DNA of 64,000 nt, taken from contig CAYPWV010000003.1 in the NCBI GenBank assembly GCA_964414795.1, forward strand, positions 2,081 through 66,080, in the 5' to 3' direction. The position numbers and the translations under genes are program-made. Within the stretch, counting starts at the first letter, position 1. Every line of letters begins with the position of its first letter. The stretch is from an uncultured Gammaproteobacteria bacterium (GTDB lineage: Bacteria; Patescibacteriota; Patescibacteriia; UBA9934). Below the pieces are notes generated by a model that did no database searches, had not been told where the DNA came from, and saw nothing but the letters and a program-made list of their open reading frames with translations. Shown piece by piece: positions 11,020 to 19,482 of this stretch.

Positions 11020-11544
11020 TTACTGCAGCCGTCCCTCAACGAGTTTGAACTCCTCCGGCCGCAGATCCGCCACGACGACCTCTCCCGTACGAAGACGTTC
11101 AAAGATGATGGCACGAGCGTGACTCTCCGCCTCAGAGGCCTCCCCCTTGAAGAAGGGTGATTCCACACGTCCGGTGCCGTCAGGCTCCATGATGTGAAAG
11201 TGAAGGTGACGGATCGTGCCTGCCGACCGAGTGGCGTCGCCATTGCGCAGGAGGAGACCGGATGACGTGACGCCGAACCGCCGGAGAGCCTCCTTCAGGA
11301 TGCGCTGAAGCAGCATCCATTCACGCGTGCCGAGTTCCTGCAGATCGAGCACGTGCCGCCGCGGCACGATGAGTAGGTGATTGCGCGTGTGCTTCTCGGG
11401 TGACGCAATGTTCGGCCAAACGCGCCAGTATTCGTTCTCGAGCGCCACCCGATTGACTTCCGGGTTGATTGTGCAGAAGGGACACCGACCAATGAGCAGA
11501 TCGGCAACCGAACGGCAGTAGATACCGTTAAGTTTTAGGTGCAC
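11020..11544 (-). pseudogene. HIT-family (CPFC...HxHxHxx) gene, GC-rich, interrupted by the IS insertion. This is the 3' portion; the apparent GTG start lies inside the IS left inverted repeat.
   Basis: CPFC plus IRHLHFHIM histidine triad. About 60% GC against a roughly 48% background. Reading across the insertion site rejoins the upstream fragment at 12675-12764 in frame. Confidence 0.6.
11512..11520. repeat. Target-site duplication ACGGCAGTA, left copy.
   Basis: Identical 9-mer directly flanks both IS ends (11512-11520 and 12675-12683). Confidence 0.6.
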
Positions 11545-11610
11545 GAAAGTGCTCTTTTTTGTTTAAGGTCTGCTAAAATACAGCCCTTAAGCTTGCTTAA
11601 TCATAAAAAT

Positions 11611-11728
11611 ATGGTAAAAAAAACGTCAGGTTCGTTGTGTAACATGCTCCTCTTTTGAAACGGTAAAGCGTGGTACACGCAACGGAATAAACAGATACTT
11701 TTGCAAACACTGTCATGGGTCTTTTTCC
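11611..11728 (+). pseudogene. Transposase N-terminal zinc-ribbon segment (CxxC...CxxC), offset by +1 from the catalytic ORF at an A8 homopolymer (11616-11623).
   Basis: With one fewer A the ATG at 11611 reads MVKKRQVRCVTCSSFETVKRGTRNGINRYFCKHCHGSFSMNYKH, continuous with the 11729 ORF. Confidence 0.55.
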
Positions 11729-12667
11729 ATGAACTACAAACACAAAGAAGCCGTCTGGTGGATTCCCCACATTGACGGTGTACCTTTTCGTAAACTGGGT
11801 GACGAACGGGGAGTGACGGGCGTGACTGCCTATACAGAAGTCTTCCGTGAACTCGAGATGTTGCCGGAGTGTTTGGAAGTCACTCGAACGCTCTGCGAGT
11901 ATTCCTCAGGCATCTGCATAATGGACGGGAAGTACGTAAAGGTTCGGGGATACAAGGAAAAGATTCTTTTTATTTATTGTATAGACTACGAGACGCATGA
12001 CATCTTGTTTGGCGTGCTTGCACCCGCAGAAGACACCACCGCATTTCTCAAGATCTTTTCTACGCTCAAACGCCTGAACTATCCCCTCAAGATTGTAGTC
12101 GCTGACGACAGATCCTCCTTGCCTGTAGCCTTAAAACAGGTATTTCCGGGTATTCCACTTCAGCTCTGCCAGAACCACTACATAGAAAATATTCGGAAGA
12201 ACTTACACCTCCGTACCGACCCTACGCACTACCATTTCTTTAACTCACTCAAGAAACACGTCTTTGACGACTACACGGATGACAAGGGACTGGATGCAGC
12301 ACTGCACTATGTGCTCACCAACAGATGTGAAGGTATTTTTCAGAGGGAACAGATCGTTATGGATATTCACAGAAGAAGAGCGGAACTCTTTGCGTATGCC
12401 TTGGTAGGAAACTGTCCAGACAACACGAATCTCATTGAACTCTTTAACTCCCACTTCAATGCAAGACTGAAGTCTTTGAAGGGCTTCAAGACAGAAGCGC
12501 ATGCGCTTCTGTGGCTGAACGGTCTTCTGCTACGCAGAAGAACAAAACCGTTCACGGATTGTTCTTTGAAATTCAAGCATCTAAACGGAAAATCCTCCCT
12601 GCAAATGGGTATAAAAAAGCAGGCTCCATGGCCTGAAATTCTTGGAATAAATGCACCCAAAACTTAA
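11729..12667 (+). CDS. IS1595-family DDE transposase, catalytic region.
   Basis: 312-aa ORF with ...IVVADDRSSLP...QLCQNHYIENIRKN.. blocks, preceded in an adjacent frame by the zinc-ribbon segment typical of IS1595-family transposases. Confidence 0.75.
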   Translation: MNYKHKEAVWWIPHIDGVPFRKLGDERGVTGVTAYTEVFRELEMLPECLEVTRTLCEYSSGICIMDGKYVKVRGYKEKILFIYCIDYETHDILFGVLAPAEDTTAFLKIFSTLKRLNYPLKIVVADDRSSLPVALKQVFPGIPLQLCQNHYIENIRKNLHLRTDPTHYHFFNSLKKHVFDDYTDDKGLDAALHYVLTNRCEGIFQREQIVMDIHRRRAELFAYALVGNCPDNTNLIELFNSHFNARLKSLKGFKTEAHALLWLNGLLLRRRTKPFTDCSLKFKHLNGKSSLQMGIKKQAPWPEILGINAPKT

Positions 12668-12674
12668 CGGTAAC

Positions 12675-12683
12675 ACGGCAGTA
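12675..12683. repeat. Target-site duplication ACGGCAGTA, right copy.
   Basis: See the left copy. Confidence 0.6.
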
Positions 12684-12764
12684 CTGCGGAAGTTTGCCAG
12701 TGCGAGCGAGGGCTGCACAGTCCTCCTCGGAGATATCGGGAACCTTGAGACGGTCGTATTCCAA
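12675..12764 (-). pseudogene. 5' fragment of the IS-disrupted HIT gene, approximately codons 1-30.
   Basis: The minus-strand frame (TTG)EYDRLKVPDISEEDCAALARTGKLPQYCR joins ...SVADLLIGRCPFC at 11520 once the IS and one duplication copy are removed. GC-rich like the 3' part. Confidence 0.45.
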
Positions 12765-12857
12765 AATGTCTTACCTGTGTACTCGGCTAGGAAGGAGGGG
12801 CCGCCGAAAAGCCGGGACGACCGTAGCAGGTTTTGAAAGAAAGAGCAATGGAACAAC

Positions 12858-13361
12858 CTATTTCTTTTTGTAATTTTTGGGTTGTCCAAACTTAAATTTC
12901 CATGCCTCCAACTCCTCAAGAGCTTCGAGATCAGGTTCAATTAAATGAGCATGGATGTGCAGAACGCTTGAGCCATAGTTGCCGTGTTCTGACGAACCAA
13001 AACGCATGGCAAGCCCGCCGCCTACAATATTTCTTTTGCGCGCTTCTTCGGAAAAAAAGGCAAAGAGCTCGGCGCCTGCTTCGGGATCAATATCTTTAAT
13101 ATGCTCTACATGGGTTTTATAAATGGCGAGAAGTTGATGCTTAATCTTTTCGTATGGCCACTGGTTATCGGTAAAAATCCAAAATTTCCCTTCTTTAAGA
13201 ATAGGGGCTTTATGATACTTTTCAAGATTTTCGCGGCAAAAAGGACAGTGTCCTTCCTTCTTAATTTCTTCCATAACTGCTCGCTGGTCTTCGCGACGAA
13301 CCGTGGAAAGCGTAATGAAGCGATTAGTTGCGTCGTCGTTCATAGATGGAATGCGTAGCAT
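12858..13361 (-). CDS. HIT-family protein, second paralogue, AT-richer and intact. The ORF-track start at 13406 overlaps folA by 83 nt, so a start near 13361 or 13343 is more likely.
   Basis: HCPFC plus VLHIHAHLIEP histidine triad. Confidence 0.6.
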   Translation of the reverse strand: MLRIPSMNDDATNRFITLSTVRREDQRAVMEEIKKEGHCPFCRENLEKYHKAPILKEGKFWIFTDNQWPYEKIKHQLLAIYKTHVEHIKDIDPEAGAELFAFFSEEARKRNIVGGGLAMRFGSSEHGNYGSSVLHIHAHLIEPDLEALEELEAWKFKFGQPKNYKKK

Positions 13362-13824
13362 CGTGTTCGTTCTTTTCGTCTTTTTGCCACGCTTCTTCGT
13401 GGACAAGATTCCAGTCTGAAAAATCAGTGATCGGCAACTTCACTTCTCCTTCGGCTTGCGTGTGTACGCGAGTAAGTATAATGCGATCCACAAATGGCAA
13501 CGCCATTGCATAAATCGCTTCTCCCCCGCTGACAAAAATTTCCTCACCGTGCGTTTTCTCCATTGCATCTTCCCACGAGGAAGCGATAACGCATTCAGGC
13601 GGTGCAACAAAATCCGCTTGCCTTGTAATAATCACCGTTTTGCGATCGGGCAAGGGGCGACCAAGGCGCGCCATAATCGTATCAAATGTCTTACGACCCA
13701 TGATTGCCGTATTTCCAACCGTAAGTGCTTTGAAATTCTTTAAATCGCGCGACAAATACCAAGGAATGGCATTGCGATTGCCAATGACATTATTATCCGA
13801 TGCCGCAACAATAAGTGAAATCAT
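13324..13824 (-). CDS. folA: Dihydrofolate reductase.
   Basis: MISLIVAASDNNVIGNRNAIPWYLSRDLKNFKALTVGNTAIMGRKTF is the classic DHFR N-terminus. Confidence 0.85.
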   Translation of the reverse strand: MISLIVAASDNNVIGNRNAIPWYLSRDLKNFKALTVGNTAIMGRKTFDTIMARLGRPLPDRKTVIITRQADFVAPPECVIASSWEDAMEKTHGEEIFVSGGEAIYAMALPFVDRIILTRVHTQAEGEVKLPITDFSDWNLVHEEAWQKDEKNEHDATHSIYERRRN

Positions 13825-13830
13825 ACAACG

Positions 13831-14745
13831 CTAAATCGCTACAGGAATGCCTTTAATGCCTGGATGTGGAGCGTAGTCTTCGAGGGTAAAATGGTCCTTT
13901 CTAAAATCAAAGAAATCTTTCACATTCGTATCCATCTTCATGGTTGCAAGAGGACGCGCCTCACGTGCAAGCATTGTTTCAACTGCAGGAACTTGGTCTA
14001 CGTAAATATGCGCATCAGAAAAACTGTGCACGTATTCGTAAGGGATTGTTCCCGTTGCATGCGCGAGCATCATCAGCAGTGCGCCGTATTGCACCATGTT
14101 TGAAGGAACGCCTACAGGAATATCTGCGGAACGCTGGAACATGTGGAGTGTAAGCTTGTTATCAAGAACGCGGAGATGAATCCAGCCATGACAGGGAGCT
14201 ACGACCACCTTCTGTTCTTTTCCGGTGCCGCGAATAATGTACTGCGGGATCCAAGGAGAAATAAAATGCGTGCGCAAATGAGGAAATTCGCGAATCTGTT
14301 CGGTAATATTTTGGAATTGGTTGTATGTGCCTCCGTCGACTGTAGGAAAATCGTGAAAAGCTGCGCCGTAGGAACCTGGACCTAAATCGCCCGTTTCAAG
14401 CCCACGCTTTTTACACTTCTCTTCGGTTACCCATGCCTGCCACCAGGTACACCCAAACTCTTCAAGGCCTTTTTGCGTACGTACACCATTAGCAAACGCG
14501 CAAATTTCTCCGATTGCCTGCTTCCAAATAGTTATTGGCAAGCGTTCGGACTCTTGAGGAGCCATGTTGCGCTCGTTGATGATAGGAAAACCGTTTTCAA
14601 ACTTAAAATGCAGAGGGTTTGGACCCATGAGCGTGAGCGCATCAACTCCCTGTTGGCTATTTGTGCGCTCCCCTCGCTCAAGCACATCGCGAAGAAGGCG
14701 CTGGTATTGGTTATCGGGTGTACGCTCTGAAAAAGGTTTCATCAT
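13831..14745 (-). CDS. thyA: Thymidylate synthase (ThyA). The likely start is the internal Met at 14745; the ORF-track start is 14844.
   Basis: NQYQRLLRDVLERGE..., the catalytic-Cys block APCHGWIHLRV, DAHIY, and C-terminal DYAPHPGIKGIPVAI (matching E. coli GYDPHPGIKAPVAI). Confidence 0.85.
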   Translation of the reverse strand: MMKPFSERTPDNQYQRLLRDVLERGERTNSQQGVDALTLMGPNPLHFKFENGFPIINERNMAPQESERLPITIWKQAIGEICAFANGVRTQKGLEEFGCTWWQAWVTEEKCKKRGLETGDLGPGSYGAAFHDFPTVDGGTYNQFQNITEQIREFPHLRTHFISPWIPQYIIRGTGKEQKVVVAPCHGWIHLRVLDNKLTLHMFQRSADIPVGVPSNMVQYGALLMMLAHATGTIPYEYVHSFSDAHIYVDQVPAVETMLAREARPLATMKMDTNVKDFFDFRKDHFTLEDYAPHPGIKGIPVAI

Positions 14746-14920
14746 AAAAAAGTGTGCATGGTTATAAAGAATAACGTGCTGCATCGGCATGGTGTGCATC
14801 ACGTTATTCGGATATCGCACGGTGCGATGAACCGAATGTGCCACTCATCCTGCGTAGGGTCAAACGCTTGTGTGGATAGACGCAGACGAATGCGTGAAAT
14901 CATGGGAAAATACGCTTCAT

Positions 14921-15349
14921 ATGGAAATTGCCATTCGCCGACTTACGGCCGACACGCCTCTCCCCGAATACAAAACATCGGGCGCAGCTGCTTTTGATGT
15001 TGCGGTGATTGAAGAAGACGCGCTTGCGCCAGGAGAACGCAAAATGCTTCGCACGGGACTTGTAGTGAAAGTGCCCGAAGGACATGTACTTGTTCTTGCA
15101 CCGCGTTCAAGTAACGCAAAGAAAGGCCTGCAATTAGCTAATGGCATTGGCATTATTGATGAAGATTATTGTGGTCCTGAAGATGAACTTCGTCTTTTTC
15201 TCTACAATATTGGCACGGAAACGTACAAAGTGGAAAAATACGAGCGCATTGCACAGGGCATGCTTATCCCCATCACCAAAGGACAATTTATTGAACCGCA
15301 AGACTGGCATGTGCAAAACAATCGCGGAGGCTTTGGTACGACCGGATAA
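14921..15349 (+). CDS. dut: dUTP diphosphatase. The likely start is 14921; the ORF-track start is 14870.
   Basis: AAAFDVAV..GERKMLRTGL..GIIDEDYCG..RIAQGM..RGGFGTTG dUTPase motifs. Confidence 0.85.
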   Translation: MEIAIRRLTADTPLPEYKTSGAAAFDVAVIEEDALAPGERKMLRTGLVVKVPEGHVLVLAPRSSNAKKGLQLANGIGIIDEDYCGPEDELRLFLYNIGTETYKVEKYERIAQGMLIPITKGQFIEPQDWHVQNNRGGFGTTG

Positions 15350-15376
15350 ACAAGGTATGATATAAGTAACCATTCT

Positions 15377-16231
15377 ATGAAATCTCTTCTTTCTCTTGGC
15401 TCGCTCATTGATACGAGCTTTGCCCATTTTAAAAAGCACCTCCCTTCCATCTTGGGCATTACGTTGTGGTTCATGGTTGCTGCAATCCCTTCATCTATAG
15501 GTCTTCTTCTCAGTCAAGAAGGCGACGCACTAAATACAACCACATGGGTTTCATTTGCATTTAGTGGTTTTGGGGTCTTTTTTGGCGCGCTTGTTACAGT
15601 TCATGTAACCGTTGCGCTTATTCTTAGCCTTCGCGAGCAAAGACAAGGAAAAGAAACGGATCCTCGCATCTTTCTTAAAAAAGCGTTTTCAAAAGACGTG
15701 AGTTACATATGGGCAATTATTTTGAAGAGCATTGTAGTGGGGCTTATTCCCCTTATCCCTCTTGTTCTCGCTGTTTTTGTATTTGTTTTTGCACTTCCTT
15801 CTCAGAATAATGTTCTCATTAATGTGCTTGCCGTTGTTGCATTTATCACTATCCTTATTGCCCTTGGAGGAGCCGTTAAGTTCTCCCTGAGCTACTGCTT
15901 CGTTCCGTACATCACTGTTCTTGAAGGAACACGCGGCATGGCAAGCTTAAAGGCAAGCGCCGCACTTGTACGCGGTCGCTGGTGGGCAACGTTTTGGCGT
16001 GTTTTTCTCCCCAAGGCGCTGTACACACTTGTGCTTGTTATCTTCCTTGGCGTAACGCTGTGGATAACCGGCATGATTGGCATTGCCGTTTCACAAGAAT
16101 CGTTCTTCCTCGCAAAACTCTTTGCACTCCTCAATTTCTTCCTTTCAACGCTTGTAAACGCATTCCTCATTCCCCTTCTTCTTCTCAACGATTACTACGT
16201 GTATGAAAATCTTTGCGAAACAGAAGAATAA
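15377..16231 (+). CDS. Hypothetical polytopic membrane protein, paralogue 1.
   Basis: Six or more hydrophobic helices; shares an R.R(W/F)..FWR motif with the next ORF. Confidence 0.45.
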   Translation: MKSLLSLGSLIDTSFAHFKKHLPSILGITLWFMVAAIPSSIGLLLSQEGDALNTTTWVSFAFSGFGVFFGALVTVHVTVALILSLREQRQGKETDPRIFLKKAFSKDVSYIWAIILKSIVVGLIPLIPLVLAVFVFVFALPSQNNVLINVLAVVAFITILIALGGAVKFSLSYCFVPYITVLEGTRGMASLKASAALVRGRWWATFWRVFLPKALYTLVLVIFLGVTLWITGMIGIAVSQESFFLAKLFALLNFFLSTLVNAFLIPLLLLNDYYVYENLCETEE

Positions 16232-16982
16232 CGACACTCCACAAAACGCCCTTCCCGGCGTTTTGCCGCTTTTTGAGCAAACGCTTGCGGTGGTAAAAGA
16301 ACAACGGATGCTTTTGGCGGGATATGCAGCTTGGGCATTAATGCCTGCACTTGCAACATTTGGACTCACATTTCTTTCACTCTCTCCGATGTGGGAAACA
16401 ATAAGTGAATATGTTATTTTTGTAGGTGATATTGTTCTGGGAACTTGGATTAGTGCATGCTTACTTCTTGTAGGACTAAGTGAGATAAAAAAAGAACCTC
16501 TCCAAGAAAAAGAAGTTGAAACGCGTGCACGCAAAGCCATGCCTGTTTTGCTGTATATTTTTTCTTTTTGGCTTATTTGTATTGTGGGAGGAACGTATCT
16601 TTTGGTACTTCCGGGAATTATGGCGTTTGTATGGCTTGCGTTTGCATCGGTAATTGCTGTTGAAAAATCTGATGCTACGTTCACCGGTGCCATTGCCGCA
16701 AGCAGAGAAATGAGTAGAGCGAGATTTTTACGTGTGTTTTGGAGGTTGATTGGAGGAAGTGGCATCTTCGGCATCATGTATTTTTTGCTGTGTATTCCTG
16801 TTCTTGGCATACTTTTTTCAATAACAGGAATCGATGCAAAAGAGCTGGTTACAAACGTTATCATGTCGGGAAACGAATTTCCTGCGTGGATTGAACTTTT
16901 ACTCGTTGCGCTCTCGCTTCCCTTTTTGCCTTATACCGCCGTGTATACGGTTGCACTTTACGAGGCGTTGAAGAAAACGTAG
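16203..16982 (+). CDS. Hypothetical polytopic membrane protein, paralogue 2, overlapping the previous ORF by 29 nt.
   Basis: Same architecture plus the SREMSRARFLRVFWR motif. Confidence 0.45.
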   Translation: MKIFAKQKNNDTPQNALPGVLPLFEQTLAVVKEQRMLLAGYAAWALMPALATFGLTFLSLSPMWETISEYVIFVGDIVLGTWISACLLLVGLSEIKKEPLQEKEVETRARKAMPVLLYIFSFWLICIVGGTYLLVLPGIMAFVWLAFASVIAVEKSDATFTGAIAASREMSRARFLRVFWRLIGGSGIFGIMYFLLCIPVLGILFSITGIDAKELVTNVIMSGNEFPAWIELLLVALSLPFLPYTAVYTVALYEALKKT

Positions 16983-16991
16983 GATGACCCT

Positions 16992-18473
16992 ATGGACCTC
17001 ATTCCCATCATTGGACTAGAAACTCACATCCAGCTTAAAACCCAATCAAAGCTTTTTTGTCATTGCGCTCCGGGAGGCGATGGACTGCCGAATGCGCATA
17101 CCTGCCCTATTTGCTTGGGACATCCGGGAACACTGCCGGTACTCAATAAAGAAGCACTTCGTTTTTCTGTTCTCTTAGGCTTGGCGCTCAACGGAACGAT
17201 CGCCACGCATTCAAAATTTGATAGAAAACATTACGTGTACCCCGATCTTCCGAAGGCATACCAGATTTCGCAGTTTGACATGCCGGTCATGGAAAACGGA
17301 TCGCTCACGCTTATCGATGATCGCGGAGAATCTTTTACTATTCGTATTGAGCGTCTTCACCTTGAAGAAGATGCGGGGAAAAATATCCACGACCCTTCGG
17401 GCGTAACGTTTGTTGATTTTTCTCGCGGAGGAACGCCGCTGTGCGAAATTGTGACCAAGCCGGATTTCACCACAGCCGCGCAAGCAAAGCAGTATCTCCA
17501 CGAAATGCGCCTTATTGTGCGCACCCTTGGCGTATCTGATGGCGACATGGAGCGTGGACATCTGCGCTGCGATGTGAATATTTCGCTGCGTGAAAAATTG
17601 CCCGGCGGAACCCTTGGCCCGCTCATGCCCAAAACGGAAATAAAAAATATCAACTCTTTTAAAGCGGTTGAGAAAAGTATTTTCTTTGAAATTGAGCGCC
17701 AAACTGCGCTGTGGAACGCTGGAACGCCGCCGCTCATCACCACCACGCGGAGCTGGAATGATGAAACCGGAAAAACCGATCTTCGCCGCGAAAAAGAATC
17801 TTCTGCAGATTATCGCTATTTCCCCGAACCCGATCTCCCTCCGCTTGAGCTCTCTGCGCTTGTACAAACCCTTCAAGGAACACTTCCCGAGCTTCCACAC
17901 ACAAAACGATTGCGCTTCACCGCTGAACTTGGCATGAAACCGCTTGATGCTGCAGCGCTCGTGGAACGCATCGAACTTGCCCAACTGGTTGACGCAACTG
18001 TTCTCCTTTTTGGTAATGCCCCTGATGCCATCAAACAAAAAGCACTCTCGCTTATTGCGCCGTGGACGCTCACCAAACTCCTCAGCATTCTTGATGAAGA
18101 GAAAAAAACGCTTGAGCAAAGCAAGCTTACTCCCGAACGTTTTGCTGCGCTTCTTGAAGCGCTTGCTGCGCAAACCATTACTCCCGCAAAAGGACGTGAC
18201 GTTCTTTATCGCCTTGTAACAACCGCGGATTCGTACGCCGAGGCAGTGCTCGCTATTGGCGCAGAAGTAACCGATAGCGATGCACTTGAGCGCACGATTG
18301 ACGAAATTCTTACCGAAAATCCCAAAGAGCTTGAACGTTATCGTGCGGGCGAAACAAAGCTCCTTGCGTTTTTCCTTGGACAAATCATGAAAAAAACTGC
18401 CGGAAACGCAAACGCTGCAGAAAGCAAGGCGCTGCTTATTGGAAAGTTACAGAATCCTAAAGAGACGCCATGA
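16992..18473 (+). CDS. gatB: Asp-tRNA(Asn)/Glu-tRNA(Gln) amidotransferase subunit B.
   Basis: IIGLETHIQLKTQSKLFCHC..PICLGHPGTLPVLN plus the C-terminal GatB/YqeY domain. Confidence 0.9.
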   Translation: MDLIPIIGLETHIQLKTQSKLFCHCAPGGDGLPNAHTCPICLGHPGTLPVLNKEALRFSVLLGLALNGTIATHSKFDRKHYVYPDLPKAYQISQFDMPVMENGSLTLIDDRGESFTIRIERLHLEEDAGKNIHDPSGVTFVDFSRGGTPLCEIVTKPDFTTAAQAKQYLHEMRLIVRTLGVSDGDMERGHLRCDVNISLREKLPGGTLGPLMPKTEIKNINSFKAVEKSIFFEIERQTALWNAGTPPLITTTRSWNDETGKTDLRREKESSADYRYFPEPDLPPLELSALVQTLQGTLPELPHTKRLRFTAELGMKPLDAAALVERIELAQLVDATVLLFGNAPDAIKQKALSLIAPWTLTKLLSILDEEKKTLEQSKLTPERFAALLEALAAQTITPAKGRDVLYRLVTTADSYAEAVLAIGAEVTDSDALERTIDEILTENPKELERYRAGETKLLAFFLGQIMKKTAGNANAAESKALLIGKLQNPKETP

Positions 18474-18495
18474 ATGGCGTCTCTACCACGTCGGT

Positions 18496-18520
18496 CGCGA
18501 CCGACGTGGTCTACGGTGCA
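18496..18520. terminator. Perfect 24-nt palindrome CCACGTCGGTCGCGACCGACGTGG between the convergent gatB and the downstream orphan; likely a bidirectional terminator.
   Basis: Self-complementary sequence, seen directly in the sequence. Confidence 0.5.
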
Positions 18521-19479
18521 GCCGATTGACTGTACTTTTTCTTTATATCCCGAGTACGTATCTTTTCTTGCAAACGGTCAACTTCTTGCCCAATTTGCTG
18601 TAAACGTAATTCTATCGTGTTACGACGAAATGGACGTAAAAACATCATGAGACCCTCTTTTTCAGCCTGCAACTGAGCTCGCTCTTTGTAGAGCGCAGAA
18701 ATGGTTCCTTGAGAAATAGTGAGCTCGCCCGATAAGCCAACATCTCCCGCCTGTTCAGAAGCACGCCATGGCGCAAGGGGCTTAAGTTCTTTTCCTATTT
18801 CGGCGAAGGCGGTTTTCAAAGCAACTCGCGCAGGATCTTCTTCTTCAATTTCTGAAAGTTTTGATTCGGGAATATTTTGAGCTAAGTCAGAATGATATTC
18901 TCCCGTCAATTCAGCGATGCGCATACGCGCAATGCGTTCCCTTGTTCGTAGTTCTCCGATTTCTCGATCTAAGACTGCAATCACACGTCGCTTTGCAGGC
19001 AGAAAACTCCAAAAATCTTGGCGCTGTTCTTTTTGAGCCTGAAGAAGATCGGAAATTTGCGTATTGATTTCCCGAAGATCGCTTTCCTGCGCATGCAGTG
19101 CAACATCTCTTTGCGTACGTTTTGCGAAATTGCCTGGTGCCGATTCAAATGATTTTCTTTCTGCGGTAATCTTCCTCCCTTTGTCTTTTAACCCTCTCTC
19201 GTCCATCACCATACGTACCCGAGCCTCTCTTAAGAGATCTCTTTGAAAAGCTGCTTCTCTTGCACGAATCTCAGAGGCTCTTTCCGAAGCAGAAGGATCG
19301 CTCTGTGCAGCTAATTCATGAACTCTTTCTAAGGGATTCGAATAACCAGATTCTCCACTCAAGGAATCATAGTCATCAAAATCAGGCTTGCCACCGACGG
19401 GAAGAGCCTCTCTTGGAATTCGAACCGAACCCTCTGGACGCGAATGAGGACTATCCTGCTGTTCTCTTGGACGTACCAT
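18511..19479 (-). CDS. Hypothetical charged coiled-coil protein with no recognised domain.
   Basis: 322 aa, rich in E/R/K/Q with heptad-like stretches and no TM helix. Confidence 0.4.
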   Translation of the reverse strand: MVRPREQQDSPHSRPEGSVRIPREALPVGGKPDFDDYDSLSGESGYSNPLERVHELAAQSDPSASERASEIRAREAAFQRDLLREARVRMVMDERGLKDKGRKITAERKSFESAPGNFAKRTQRDVALHAQESDLREINTQISDLLQAQKEQRQDFWSFLPAKRRVIAVLDREIGELRTRERIARMRIAELTGEYHSDLAQNIPESKLSEIEEEDPARVALKTAFAEIGKELKPLAPWRASEQAGDVGLSGELTISQGTISALYKERAQLQAEKEGLMMFLRPFRRNTIELRLQQIGQEVDRLQEKIRTRDIKKKYSQSAAP

Positions 19480-19482
19480 ACA

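Larger units (their letters stand above)
11521..12674 (+). mobile_element. IS1595-family insertion sequence, about 1154 bp. It has terminal inverted repeats GATACCGTTAAGTTTTAGGTGCA / TGCACCCAAAACTTAACGGTAAC (21/23 match) and a 9-bp target-site duplication.
   Basis: Inverted repeats at 11521-11543 and 12652-12674, an internal DDE-type transposase with an N-terminal zinc ribbon, and a flanking direct repeat. Confidence 0.75.

Noticed and set aside
12581-12940. 119-aa minus-strand ORF and 61-aa plus-strand ORF (12651-12836) crossing the IS right end.
   Set aside because: They are produced by reading through the IS inverted repeat into the disrupted HIT gene fragment. Only the 12675-12764 minus-frame segment is meaningful, as the HIT 5' fragment.
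17211-18383. 390-aa minus-strand ORF, basic and Phe/Lys/Arg-rich.
   Set aside because: It lies wholly inside gatB on the opposite strand. gatB has strong motif support, and this ORF has no motifs and a biased composition.
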